A DNA stretch of 32,000 nucleotides from an archaeon (GCA_024277355.1 JAJRVL010000004.1:240001-272000); one strand, 5' to 3'. Shown: positions 17,400 through 27,109, counted from the stretch's first letter. Made by a program: numbers and translations. Notes: generated from the sequence alone by a model not told the origin.

Positions 17400-18731
17400 A
17401 TGGATTTAAGTGAAATAAAAGAAAAATTTTCAGTTAAAGAATCAGATGAAATAAAAGTTTTCACTGAAAATGAAGAATACACAGGAATAATGCTTCCATC
17501 TCAAAATAATAAAACTTTAACAATAAAAATGAAGTCAGGATATAATATTGGAATAGCCTCAAGAAGAATAACAAAAGTAGAAAAGCTTGGTGAAACAGAA
17601 AAAGTTGAAATCCAAAAAACAAAAAAAATAATTAAAGTTGAAGGATTACCTTTAATTTCTATTTTAAATACAGGCGGAACAATTGCTTCAAGAATTGATT
17701 ACAGGACAGGAGCAGTTAGCCCTGCAATAGAACAAGAAAAACTCATTACAAATATTCCTGAATTAATGGAAATAGCTAATATTGAAACAAAAATGATTTC
17801 AGAAATGTTTTCAGAAGACATGACATTTGAAAACTATAAAAACATAGCAGAAGAAATAGAAAAAGAAATAAAAGAAAACAAACCAAAAGGAATAATCATA
17901 GGGCACGGAACAGACACAATGCATTACACTGCAGCAGCATTAAGTTTTATGCTGGAAGACTTAAATATTCCAGTCATATTAGTTGGCTCACAAAGAAGTT
18001 CAGATAGAGGAAGTTCAGATGCCGCAATGAATTTAATTTGTGCAGCAGAATTTATTGCAAGAACAGATTTTACAGGAATAGGATTATGCATGCATGAAAG
18101 TTCAGCTGACGACAACTGCGTAATTTTAAGCGGAACAAAAAGCAGGAAAATGCATTCAAGCAGAAGAGACGCATTTAAATCAATAAATGAAATTCCAATT
18201 GCAGAAATTAATTTTGAATCAAGAAAAATTACATACTTAAAAGAAAATTATTCCAGAAAAGAACAAGGAAAAGAATTAAAATTAAAAAAAGAATTAGAAG
18301 AAAAAACTGCTTTAATTAAAATTCATCCAAATATTTCAACTGAAACATTAAAGTTTTATGAAAAAGAAAATTTTAAGGGAATTGTATTAGAAGGAACAGG
18401 ATTAGGGCATATTCCAATTGGAAGCAAAGGCAACGAAAAAAACAAAAAAAACTTGGAAGTAATAAAAAAAATGACGGAAAAAAGTGTAGTAGTAATGGCT
18501 TCACAAGCTTTTTATGGAAGAATTAATATGAATGTTTATTCAACAGGAAAAGACTTATTAAATGCAGGGGTAATTTCAGCTGAAGACATGACTCCAGAAA
18601 CAGCTTTTATTAAATTAGCCTGGCTGTTAGGAAATTATTCGCAGGAAGAAACAAAAAAATTAATTGGACAAAATTTAAGAGGAGAAATAACTGAAAGAAG
18701 CGATAAAAGAGGATTTGAGGTGATTAAATGA
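17400..18731 (+). CDS. gatD: Glu-tRNA(Gln) amidotransferase subunit D
   Basis: 443 aa; 'ISILNTGGTIASRIDYRTGAVSPA', 'IIIGHGTDTMHYTAAALSFML', 'VILVGSQRSSDRGSSDAAMNL'. Confidence 0.97.
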   Translation: MDLSEIKEKFSVKESDEIKVFTENEEYTGIMLPSQNNKTLTIKMKSGYNIGIASRRITKVEKLGETEKVEIQKTKKIIKVEGLPLISILNTGGTIASRIDYRTGAVSPAIEQEKLITNIPELMEIANIETKMISEMFSEDMTFENYKNIAEEIEKEIKENKPKGIIIGHGTDTMHYTAAALSFMLEDLNIPVILVGSQRSSDRGSSDAAMNLICAAEFIARTDFTGIGLCMHESSADDNCVILSGTKSRKMHSSRRDAFKSINEIPIAEINFESRKITYLKENYSRKEQGKELKLKKELEEKTALIKIHPNISTETLKFYEKENFKGIVLEGTGLGHIPIGSKGNEKNKKNLEVIKKMTEKSVVVMASQAFYGRINMNVYSTGKDLLNAGVISAEDMTPETAFIKLAWLLGNYSQEETKKLIGQNLRGEITERSDKRGFEVIK

Positions 18732-19102
18732 TTATATCAAAAGTAGAACAGCATATTAAAGTAAATTTTAATCCAAAACAAATACTTCACGCATACGAAG
18801 TACGAGAAAATGCTTTGAGGTTAACTGAAGGAATAGAAACAGACAAAGAAGTAATTGAAATTTCAGCTTTACTTCATGAATCAGGTGCAACTCAAACTGA
18901 AAGTTCACTGAAAGCTTTAGTTTTATTAAGTGAATTAGACTATGACGAACACAAAAAACATAAAGTCGCAAAATTAATTCATAATCACCCATTTGATTCA
19001 TTTATTTTAGAGCAAAGAGTTTTATTTGAAGCAGACAAATTAGCAGAAGACACAAAAGAAAAAGGATTAATAAAAAAAATAAAATCTTTTTTCAGAAAAT
19101 AA
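18728..19102 (+). CDS. Small HD-superfamily-like protein (HD replaced by HE)
   Basis: 124 aa; 'ILHAYEV', 'ISALLHESGATQ', 'LIHNHPFD', 'LFEADKLAE'; ATGA overlap with gatD. Confidence 0.6.
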   Translation: MIISKVEQHIKVNFNPKQILHAYEVRENALRLTEGIETDKEVIEISALLHESGATQTESSLKALVLLSELDYDEHKKHKVAKLIHNHPFDSFILEQRVLFEADKLAEDTKEKGLIKKIKSFFRK

Positions 19103-19116
19103 TTTTTTTGATTTAA

Positions 19117-19662
19117 ATGATTGAAACAGAAGTAAAACATAAAATCCAAAACAAAAAAGAACTGCAAAAAACAGAAGAAAAAATAAAAAAAATTGCAGAA
19201 TACAAAAAAACTGAAACAGAACACAATATTGTGTTTGATTCCCCTGATTTTTCATTAAGAAAAAAAGGTTTTTTGTTAAGGTTAAGAAAAGATTCAAAAA
19301 ACACTTTAACTTTTAAATCCAAAATTAAAAGCAAAAAATTCAAGAAAAGACAAGAAACAGAATTTCAAGTAAAAAATTTTAATCAAACAAAAAAAATAAT
19401 TGAAAAAATAGGTTTTTTTCCTGCTTTTGTTTATGAAAAAAAAAGAAAGTACTTTGATTTTAAAGGAACAGAAATTCAAATAGATGAACTGCCTTTTATT
19501 GGATTTTACTTAGAAATAGAAGGAACAGAAAAAGGAATAATCAAAGCAGAAAAAGAATTAAACTTAAAAGAAAAAAACAGAATAACAACAAATTACTTGC
19601 AGTTATTTGTTAACTGGAAAAAAAAGCACAAAAGAAACGAAAAAAACATGATTTTTAAATAA
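19117..19662 (+). CDS. CYTH-domain (triphosphate tunnel) protein
   Basis: 181 aa; 'MIETEVKHKI' start, 'LLRLRKDSKNTLTFKSK', 'ETEFQVKNF', 'KKRKYFDFKGTEIQIDELPFIGFYLEIEG'. Confidence 0.88.
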   Translation: MIETEVKHKIQNKKELQKTEEKIKKIAEYKKTETEHNIVFDSPDFSLRKKGFLLRLRKDSKNTLTFKSKIKSKKFKKRQETEFQVKNFNQTKKIIEKIGFFPAFVYEKKRKYFDFKGTEIQIDELPFIGFYLEIEGTEKGIIKAEKELNLKEKNRITTNYLQLFVNWKKKHKRNEKNMIFK

Positions 19663-19710
19663 AGCAAGATTTAAATAAAACAAAATAATTAATTTACAAC
19701 AGGTGATTTA

Positions 19711-20175
19711 ATGTTTGGATTTGGAAAAGGAAAAATAGAAATAACATTAGAAAAAGTTAATTTTAAACCCGGAGAAACAATTAAAGGAAAACTTATTTTA
19801 AAAATGAAAAAACCAACTAAAGCCAAAGAATTAAGAGTTCAGTTTGCCGGAATAAAAACAACTTCAGGCAGTGGAATAAGTTTTGGTTCATCAAACAACC
19901 AAAGAAAAACAACAACACAATACATTCATAACTTTAAACTGACTTTAGACGGAGAAAAAGAATACACTGATAAAGAATATGACTTTGAAATTACAATTCC
20001 TACAGAAATTCTTAGAACAGGAGGAAGCCTCCCTGAAGGAACAGCAGGAACCGCAATTAAAACACTGCAGTTTTTATCCGGAAGTTCAACCAGAATTAAC
20101 TGGTTTATTCAAGGAACATTAGACATAGAAAAAAGTCTTGACATAAACAAAAAAATCCAAATAAATGTTGCATAA
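19711..20175 (+). CDS. Arrestin-like / Spo0M-like beta-sandwich protein
   Basis: 154 aa; 'IEITLEKVNFKPGETIKGKLILKMKKPTKAKELRVQFAGI...YDFEITIPTEI...INWFIQGTLDI'. Confidence 0.75.
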   Translation: MFGFGKGKIEITLEKVNFKPGETIKGKLILKMKKPTKAKELRVQFAGIKTTSGSGISFGSSNNQRKTTTQYIHNFKLTLDGEKEYTDKEYDFEITIPTEILRTGGSLPEGTAGTAIKTLQFLSGSSTRINWFIQGTLDIEKSLDINKKIQINVA

Positions 20176-20246
20176 AAATCCAAAAAAACAGAAAAAGTAA
20201 AGATTTAAATGATTAATTATTCAAGTAATATTATTCAAGTGATTAT

Positions 20247-21314
20247 ATGGCTTTAGAAATTCTTTCACAAACTTTTTTTGGAATTACATTACAAAACATT
20301 CTGATTTCTTTAGGAATAGCAGTTGGAGCATATATTATAGGAAAAATAGTTTATTATTTATTCAAAACAGTTGGAAGAAAATTAACTGCAAAAACAAAAA
20401 CAGACTTAGACGATGTTTTAATTGACATAATTGAAGAACCAATAGTAGCAATAATAGTTTTAGTCGGAGTATTTATTGCATTTACTTTTTTAGGAATACA
20501 AGACAAAGGAATAAACGGATTATTTAATTCTGTTTTTAAAATTGCAGTAATAATTGTTTTAGCTTGGACTGCATTTAGATTTATTAATGCATTAAGCGAC
20601 AAAATCTTAATTCCATTAAGCAAAAAAACAAAAGCTTCATTTGACGATCATCTTGTTCCATTAATTTCCAAAGGAGCAAAAGCAATAGTTGCAGTAATTG
20701 CAGTAATAATGATCATGGATTCAATTGGATTTGATGTAACTGCATTAATTGCAGGATTAGGAATTGGAGGTCTGGCAATAGCTTTTGCAGCACAAGAAAC
20801 AATATCAAATTTATTCGGCGGAATATCCTTAATGTTAGACAAATCAATTAAAATCGGAGATAAAATAAGAATAGATTCCGGCGAAGTAGGAGTAGTAAAC
20901 GAAATAGGATTAAGAAGCACAAGAATCAGAACTTTTTCAAATGAAGTAATAATTGTTCCAAACTCAAAAATGGCTAACAGTAAAATAATTAATTACGCCC
21001 AGCCAAACAATTACGGAAGAGGACAAATAAAATTCGGTGTAACTTATGGAACTGAACCCGCAAAAGTACAAAAAATAGTTTTAGATATCTTAAAAAATAA
21101 TTTAAAAGTTTCAAAAAAAGAAGACAGAAAACCAGTAGTTGAATTTCTTTCAATGGGAGATTTTTCATTAAACTTTACAGCAAAATTCTGGTGCGATGAT
21201 TACACAAACGTATGGTCAGCAGAAAGAGAATTAACAACAGCAATCTATAATGGATTAAACAAAAACAAAATTGGAATACCTTTCCCAACACAAACAGTTT
21301 ACCTGCAAAAATAA
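20247..21314 (+). CDS. mscS: Small-conductance mechanosensitive channel (MscS family)
   Basis: 355 aa; 'ALIAGLGIGGLAIAFAAQETISNLFGGISLMLDKSIKIGDKIRI' TM3/beta-domain motif. Confidence 0.95.
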   Translation: MALEILSQTFFGITLQNILISLGIAVGAYIIGKIVYYLFKTVGRKLTAKTKTDLDDVLIDIIEEPIVAIIVLVGVFIAFTFLGIQDKGINGLFNSVFKIAVIIVLAWTAFRFINALSDKILIPLSKKTKASFDDHLVPLISKGAKAIVAVIAVIMIMDSIGFDVTALIAGLGIGGLAIAFAAQETISNLFGGISLMLDKSIKIGDKIRIDSGEVGVVNEIGLRSTRIRTFSNEVIIVPNSKMANSKIINYAQPNNYGRGQIKFGVTYGTEPAKVQKIVLDILKNNLKVSKKEDRKPVVEFLSMGDFSLNFTAKFWCDDYTNVWSAERELTTAIYNGLNKNKIGIPFPTQTVYLQK

Positions 21315-21359
21315 AGCTTTAAATTAACTTTATTCTTTTTTTTATTAAAAGGTTTTTCA

Positions 21360-23243
21360 ATGGATTACACAGAAATAGGATTAAAAGTTGGATTAGAAAT
21401 ACACCAGCAATTAAATACAGGAAAACTGTTTTGTCGTTGTCCTGCACTAATACAAGAAGAAAAACCAGATTTTGAATTCAAAAGAAAATTAAGGCCTGTT
21501 GCCTCTGAATTAGGAAAATTTGATCCGGCTGCATTAGAAGCATTCAAAAAAAAATTTACTTATTTATACAAATATTTTAATGAATCAAACTGCTTAATTG
21601 AAGCAGACGAAGAACCGCCAAAACCAATGGATTCAGAAGCATTAAACACAGTAATAGAAATTTCATTAATGACAGAATCAGATATATTAGATGAAATTCA
21701 TGTAATGAGAAAAACAGTAATAGATGGAAGCAATACTTCAGGTTTTCAAAGAACAGCAATGATTGCATTAGGCGGAAAAATCAAATTAAAAAATAAAGAA
21801 ATAGGAATACAAACTATTGCTTTAGAAGAAGATTCAGCTAAAACCATAGAAAAAAAAGACAACACAATATTTTATTCTTTAGACAGATTAGGAATACCCT
21901 TAATTGAATTAGCAACAGAACCAGAAATTTTTACACCAATAGAAGCAAAAGAAACAGCACTAAAAATAGGGGAATTGCTTAGAAGAACCTGCAAAACAAA
22001 AAGAGGACTAGGAAGCATAAGGCAGGACGTCAATATTTCAATTAAAGAAGGCGCAAGAATTGAAATAAAAGGTGTCCAAGAGCTGGAAATGATAGATAAA
22101 TTTGTTGAAAGAGAAGTAGAAAGGCAGATGAATTTAGTTAAATTAAGAGAAGAATTAAAGGAAAGAGGAATTGAAAAACAAGAATTAAGTATGTATAAGG
22201 ACAAAGGGGTTGATTTAAGTTTAATTTTCAAAGACAGTGACTGCAAAATGGTTAAAGAAAAAAAAGTTTTTGGAACAAAAATCCCTAAATTTAATGGATT
22301 AATTGGAAAAGAACTGCAGGAAGGAAGAAGATTTGGATCAGAATTAGCTAATTATGTTAAAGCCAAAACAGGATTAAAAGGAATATTTCATTCAGATGAA
22401 TTACCAAAATACGGAATAAATGAAAAAGAAGTAAATAAAGTAAAAGAAAAACTAGAAGTAAAAAAAGAAGATGCTTTTGTTTTAGTTGTCTCAGAAGAAA
22501 AAGCAAAAACTGCATTAAATATTGTAATTGACAGATGCATTGCTGCTTTAGAAGGAGTACCAGAAGAAACAAGAAATGCTTTAAGCGAAGGAAACACTGA
22601 ATACTCAAGGCCTTTACCTGGCGCTTCAAGAATGTATCCTGAAACAGATATTCCAGTAAAAAAAATTAACAAAAAAAAATTAGAAGAATTAAAAGAAAAT
22701 TTACCTTTAACTCCAGAACAAAGAAAAATAAAATACATAAACAAATTTAAAATTTCAGAACAATTAGCAGAAAAAATGAAGTTAAATAATTATGCAAGAT
22801 TTTTTGAAGAATTAGCTGAAAAAGGATTTAAAGCAACAGACACTGCAGTTTTACTGCTTGAAGGTTTAACAACTTTAAAAAGACAGGGAATAAAAACAGA
22901 AAACTTAAATGAAAAAATGATTGAAAAAGTTTTAATTGCAGTAAAAGAAAAAAAATTAATTAAAGACAATCAATTAAAGGCTTTAAGTTTATGGACAAAA
23001 AAAAAAGAAAAGCCTTTTGAATCAATTTTACAGGAACTGCAGGAAGAACAATTTTCAGGAGAAAAAACAAGAAACACAATAAAAGAAATAATAAACAAAA
23101 ATTCAGCTATAATTAACACTCAAAATGCAAATGTTTTTTCTGCTTTAATGGGAGATGCAATGATTCAGTTAAAAGGAAAAGCTTCAGGAAAAGAAATCAG
23201 CAAAATTTTAAGAGAAGAATTAGAAAAAAAAGGAATTAAATAA
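21360..23243 (+). CDS. gatE: Glu-tRNA(Gln) amidotransferase subunit E
   Basis: 627 aa; 'GLKVGLEIHQQLNTGKLFCRCP', 'IDGSNTSGFQRTAMIALGG', 'RRTCKTKRGLGSIRQDVNISI', 'LPGASRMYPETDIP'. Confidence 0.98.
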   Translation: MDYTEIGLKVGLEIHQQLNTGKLFCRCPALIQEEKPDFEFKRKLRPVASELGKFDPAALEAFKKKFTYLYKYFNESNCLIEADEEPPKPMDSEALNTVIEISLMTESDILDEIHVMRKTVIDGSNTSGFQRTAMIALGGKIKLKNKEIGIQTIALEEDSAKTIEKKDNTIFYSLDRLGIPLIELATEPEIFTPIEAKETALKIGELLRRTCKTKRGLGSIRQDVNISIKEGARIEIKGVQELEMIDKFVEREVERQMNLVKLREELKERGIEKQELSMYKDKGVDLSLIFKDSDCKMVKEKKVFGTKIPKFNGLIGKELQEGRRFGSELANYVKAKTGLKGIFHSDELPKYGINEKEVNKVKEKLEVKKEDAFVLVVSEEKAKTALNIVIDRCIAALEGVPEETRNALSEGNTEYSRPLPGASRMYPETDIPVKKINKKKLEELKENLPLTPEQRKIKYINKFKISEQLAEKMKLNNYARFFEELAEKGFKATDTAVLLLEGLTTLKRQGIKTENLNEKMIEKVLIAVKEKKLIKDNQLKALSLWTKKKEKPFESILQELQEEQFSGEKTRNTIKEIINKNSAIINTQNANVFSALMGDAMIQLKGKASGKEISKILREELEKKGIK

Positions 23244-23366
23244 ATTAAATAATAATTCAGAAAGAAACATTAAGGAATAAATTAAAAAGAAAGAAAACAA
23301 TTAATTAAAGAGAAAAAAATTAAATGAAATAAAAAAAGAATTAAAATTGAAAAAAGTGAATTATTA

Positions 23367-24344
23367 ATGAACTCAAATGAAATAAAAAGAATTGACTCAG
23401 AAAACTATTTTTCTTTATTAGAAAATTTCCCTGAACAAATAAGCGAAGGAATATGGATAGGAAAAAAAATTAAATTAAAAAAAAGGAAATTTGAAAACAT
23501 TGTTGTTCAGGGAATGGGAGGTTCAGGAATAACAGGAAAAATACTTGAAACTTTATTTAAAAATGAATTAAAAATCCCTATTCAGACAGTAAAAGATTAT
23601 GAAATTCCAGAATTTGTTTCAAATAAAACTTTATTTATTGCAGTAAGTTATTCAGGAAAAACAGAAGAAACTTTATCAGGATTAAGACAGGCAAAAAAAA
23701 AGAAAGCTTTTATTTTAGGAATTAGTTCAGGAAAAATAAATAACTGTAATTATTTTATTCAAATCCCAAAAAATTATCCTCCAAGAGGAGCAACTGCATT
23801 TTTAGTTACGCCTTTAATTTTTGCTTTACAGAAATTAGGTTTAATTAAAACAAAAGAAAAAGATGTATTAGAATTTATTAAATTAGCAGAAAAAATAAAA
23901 AAAGACATTAAAAAGAAAGCAGAAAATTTAGCTGAAAAAATGCATAACAAAACAGTTTTTGTTTATTCAACTAAAAAAATTGAAATTGCTTCTTTCAGAT
24001 GGATGACTCAAATAAACGAAAACTCAAAAGACTTTTGTCATGCAAATGTAATTCCAGAAATGAACCACAATGAAATAAACATGGATTACAAAAAAGGATT
24101 ATTTGTTTTTTTAAAAACACAAAATACATCAAAACAAATAAAAAAAAGAATTTCATTTACAAAAAAAGTTTTTTCAAAAAACAATACAACAATTGAAATA
24201 ACTGCAAAAGGAAAATCTTTGTTTGCACAGCTTTTTTATTTAATTTATTTAGGGGATTTTACTTCATATTATTTAGCTTTAATGAACAAAGTTAATCCTT
24301 ATCCTGTTCCTGTTATTGAAGGACTAAAAAAGGCATTAAAATGA
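23367..24344 (+). CDS. Bifunctional phosphoglucose/phosphomannose isomerase-type SIS-domain protein
   Basis: 325 aa; 'VVQGMGGSGITGKIL', 'LFIAVSYSGKTEETLSG', 'NVIPEMNHNEI'. Confidence 0.92.
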   Translation: MNSNEIKRIDSENYFSLLENFPEQISEGIWIGKKIKLKKRKFENIVVQGMGGSGITGKILETLFKNELKIPIQTVKDYEIPEFVSNKTLFIAVSYSGKTEETLSGLRQAKKKKAFILGISSGKINNCNYFIQIPKNYPPRGATAFLVTPLIFALQKLGLIKTKEKDVLEFIKLAEKIKKDIKKKAENLAEKMHNKTVFVYSTKKIEIASFRWMTQINENSKDFCHANVIPEMNHNEINMDYKKGLFVFLKTQNTSKQIKKRISFTKKVFSKNNTTIEITAKGKSLFAQLFYLIYLGDFTSYYLALMNKVNPYPVPVIEGLKKALK

Positions 24345-25252
24345 AAGCAATAGGCATTGATATCGGCGGAAGCGAAATTAAAGCAGGAATAATAACCAAT
24401 AAAGGAAAAATACTAAAAAAAATTAAAATTGAAACTAATTCTATTCATGGAAAAAAAAGTTTAATTAAAAACCTTGAAAGAATAATCAAAAAACTTGATT
24501 CAAAAGAAATTAAAGGCATAGGAATAGGTTTTGCAGGCGGAGTTGACTCAAAAAAAGGACAAATAATCCAAAGCCCTAATATTCCTTCAATGAATAATGT
24601 TTTTTTAGTTAAAGAATTAAAGAAAAAATTCAGAAAAAAAATTATATTAGAAAATGACGCAGCATTAATGGCTTTAGCTGAAGCATTAATTGGAGCAGGA
24701 AAAAAATATTCTATTGTTGTAGGATTAACTGCAGGAACAGGAATTGGTTCAGGACTAATAATAAACAAAAAAATTTATTCAGGAAAAGATAATTTAACTG
24801 AAATAGGCCATACAATAATCAACTTTAACGGCCCAAAATGTTCCTGTGGAAATAACGGCTGTTTAGAACAATACGTTGGAATAAAACCTTTAATGAAATT
24901 AACTGAAAGAAAAATAGAATTACATAATTCAATACTGAAAAAAATGTGGCCTTTAACTCCAAAAAAAGTTGATTTAGCAGCCAAAAAAAAAGATAAAACT
25001 GCAGTTTCAATTTTAAAAGAAACAGGAATTTATTTAGGAATAGGGTTAACAAATATTTTAAATTCATTTAATCCTGACGTAATAATTTTAGGCGGAGGAT
25101 TAAGCAATTCAGATTTAATGATTAAAACAGCAGTAAAAGAAATGAAGTTAAGAGCATTTAAGAGAACAAGAAACACTAAAATACTTAAAGCAAAATTCAG
25201 AAATAATGCAGGAATTATTGGTGCCGGACTGATTGTATTCAAATCAAATTAA
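24341..25252 (+). CDS. ROK-family sugar kinase (glucokinase-like)
   Basis: 303 aa; 'AIGIDIGGSEIKAGII', 'GHTIINFNGPKCSCGNNGCLEQYVG' ROK zinc motif; ATGA overlap with preceding gene. Confidence 0.93.
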   Translation: MKAIGIDIGGSEIKAGIITNKGKILKKIKIETNSIHGKKSLIKNLERIIKKLDSKEIKGIGIGFAGGVDSKKGQIIQSPNIPSMNNVFLVKELKKKFRKKIILENDAALMALAEALIGAGKKYSIVVGLTAGTGIGSGLIINKKIYSGKDNLTEIGHTIINFNGPKCSCGNNGCLEQYVGIKPLMKLTERKIELHNSILKKMWPLTPKKVDLAAKKKDKTAVSILKETGIYLGIGLTNILNSFNPDVIILGGGLSNSDLMIKTAVKEMKLRAFKRTRNTKILKAKFRNNAGIIGAGLIVFKSN

Positions 25253-25287
25253 AACCTTTCTATGCATTAAATTTAATTAGTGATAAT

Positions 25288-25959
25288 ATGAATGAAAAAC
25301 AAAAAGAAAACGCAGCAAAAGAAGCAGTAAAATATATTGAAAAAGGAATGACAATAGGTTTAGGAAGCGGAAGTACAGCAGAATTGTTTGTAAAACTTTT
25401 AGCTGAAAAAAATAAAAAAGAAAATTTAGATTTAACCTGTGTTGCAACCTCAAATAAAATTGCAGGATTAGCAATTGATTTAGGATTAAAAGTAATAAGC
25501 TTTGATTCAGTTGAAAAAATTGATATTGCAGTTGACGGAGCAGACCAAATAAACGAAAAAAAAGAATTACTTAAAGGAATGGGAGCATATGCTTTCCTGA
25601 AAGAAAAAAGAATTGATTATAAAGCAGAAAAATTTATTGTAATTGCAGATGAAAGTAAATTAGTTAAAGAATTAAACGGCGAAATTTTAGTTGAAGTTGA
25701 ACCAACAGAATTATTTAATATATTAAAAAAATTAAGCGATGATTATGATGCAGAAGCAGTACAGATTTCACAAAAATGTATGCCTTTAGAAACAGAAAAC
25801 AAAAATTATGTTATTTCAATGCAATTGCATTCAGAAATAGAAAACGCAAAAAAAATGGAAAAACAAATTGACTCAATTCAAGGAGTAAAAGCAAACGGAT
25901 TATTTACAAGAAATTGCACTATAATTATTGGAACAGAAAAAGAAACAAAAATTTTATAG
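25288..25959 (+). CDS. rpiA: Ribose 5-phosphate isomerase A
   Basis: 223 aa; 'TIGLGSGSTAELFVKLLAE', 'DIAVDGADQINEKKELLKGMGAYAFLKEKRIDYKAEKFIVIADESKLV'. Confidence 0.96.
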   Translation: MNEKQKENAAKEAVKYIEKGMTIGLGSGSTAELFVKLLAEKNKKENLDLTCVATSNKIAGLAIDLGLKVISFDSVEKIDIAVDGADQINEKKELLKGMGAYAFLKEKRIDYKAEKFIVIADESKLVKELNGEILVEVEPTELFNILKKLSDDYDAEAVQISQKCMPLETENKNYVISMQLHSEIENAKKMEKQIDSIQGVKANGLFTRNCTIIIGTEKETKIL

Positions 25960-25995
25960 TAAAACCTTTAAAAAAAAAGGAATGAAGTGAAAAAA

Positions 25996-27045
25996 ATGAC
26001 AACTTATTCTGAAGCAGGAGTAAACATAGAAAAAGGAACTGAAACAGTCAAAAGAATAAAAAAACACGTTAAATCTACTTTTAATGAAAATGTATTGCTT
26101 GATTCAGGTTTATTTGCAGGCGCAATAGACTTAAAAAAAATAAAAAAAATGAATAATCCTGTGTTGCTTTCAAGCATTGACGGAGTAGGAACCAAAACAG
26201 TTATAGCAGAAAAAATGAATAAATGGGATTCAATTGGACAAGATTTAGTTAATCATTCAGTTAATGACATTTTATGCCATGGAGGAGAACCAATTGCTTT
26301 TTTAGATTATGTTGCTTCTTCTTCAATTAAACCTGAAATAATAGAAGAAATAGTTCAAGGAATGACAGTTGCATGCAAAGAAAATGGAGTTGCATTAATT
26401 GGCGGGGAAACAGCAGAAATGCCTGATGTATACCAAGAAAATGAAATAGACTTAGCAGGAACAATACTTGGAATAGTAGAAAAAGAAAAACTTATTACAG
26501 GAAAAAACATAAAAGAAAAAGATGTACTTATTGCATTGCCTTCAAATGGTTTGCATACAAACGGATATTCTCTTGCAAGAAAAGTAATAGAAAAAACAAA
26601 AATAAGCCTGAAAGAACAGTTTGTAGTAGAAAAAGAAGATTTAACTATTGGAGGAGAACTCTTAAAAATCCATAAAAGTTATCTGAAAGAAGTAAGTTTT
26701 TTATTAAAAAAATTTGAATTAAAAGGAATTTCTCATATTACCGGCGGAGGATTAATTGATAATTTGCCAAGAATTTTTCCTGAAGGAATTGGAGCAAAAA
26801 TAAATCCAAACAAAATTAAAATTCCATTTATTTTTGAATGGATTCAAGAAAATGGAGTTATTTAAGAAGAAGAAATGTTTAAGACATTTAACATGGGAGT
26901 TGGAATGGTTTTAATTGTATCAGAAAAAGATTCAGATAAAATTATTTCAGAACTAAAAAAACAATTTAATTCAAATGCAATTGTAATTGGAGAAACAATT
27001 AAAGGAAAAGGAATTCAATTAGAAAAACCTTTATTTAAAGAATAA
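25996..27045 (+). CDS. purM: Phosphoribosylformylglycinamidine cyclo-ligase, interrupted by an in-frame TAA at 26863-26865
   Basis: 'TYSEAGVNIEKGTETVKRIK', 'SSIDGVGTKTVIAEKM', 'VNDILCHGGEPIAFLDY', 'ITGGGLIDNLPRIFPEG'; readthrough gives 'IFEWIQENGVI*EEEMFKTFNMGVGMVLIVSEKDSDKIISEL...LEKPLFKE*' in the same frame. Confidence 0.93.
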
Positions 27046-27049
27046 ATTT

Positions 27050-27109
27050 TTGCAGGACTATCAAGCAAAACAAAGACAGCACGCGTTACTCGCGGATGCA
27101 ACTGCAACA
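27050..27109. other. Candidate structured non-coding segment
   Basis: TTGCAG(27050-27055)/CTGCAA(27102-27107); inner GCA-CGCG (27079-27085)/CGCG-GA-TGC (27091-27099) around TTACT; local GC rise. Confidence 0.3.

Noticed and set aside
21872-22246. Minus-strand ORF of 124 aa and other antisense ORFs in gatE
   Set aside because: Antisense to gatE; hydrophobic Leu/Phe/Ser composition reflects AT-rich purine-loaded coding strand.
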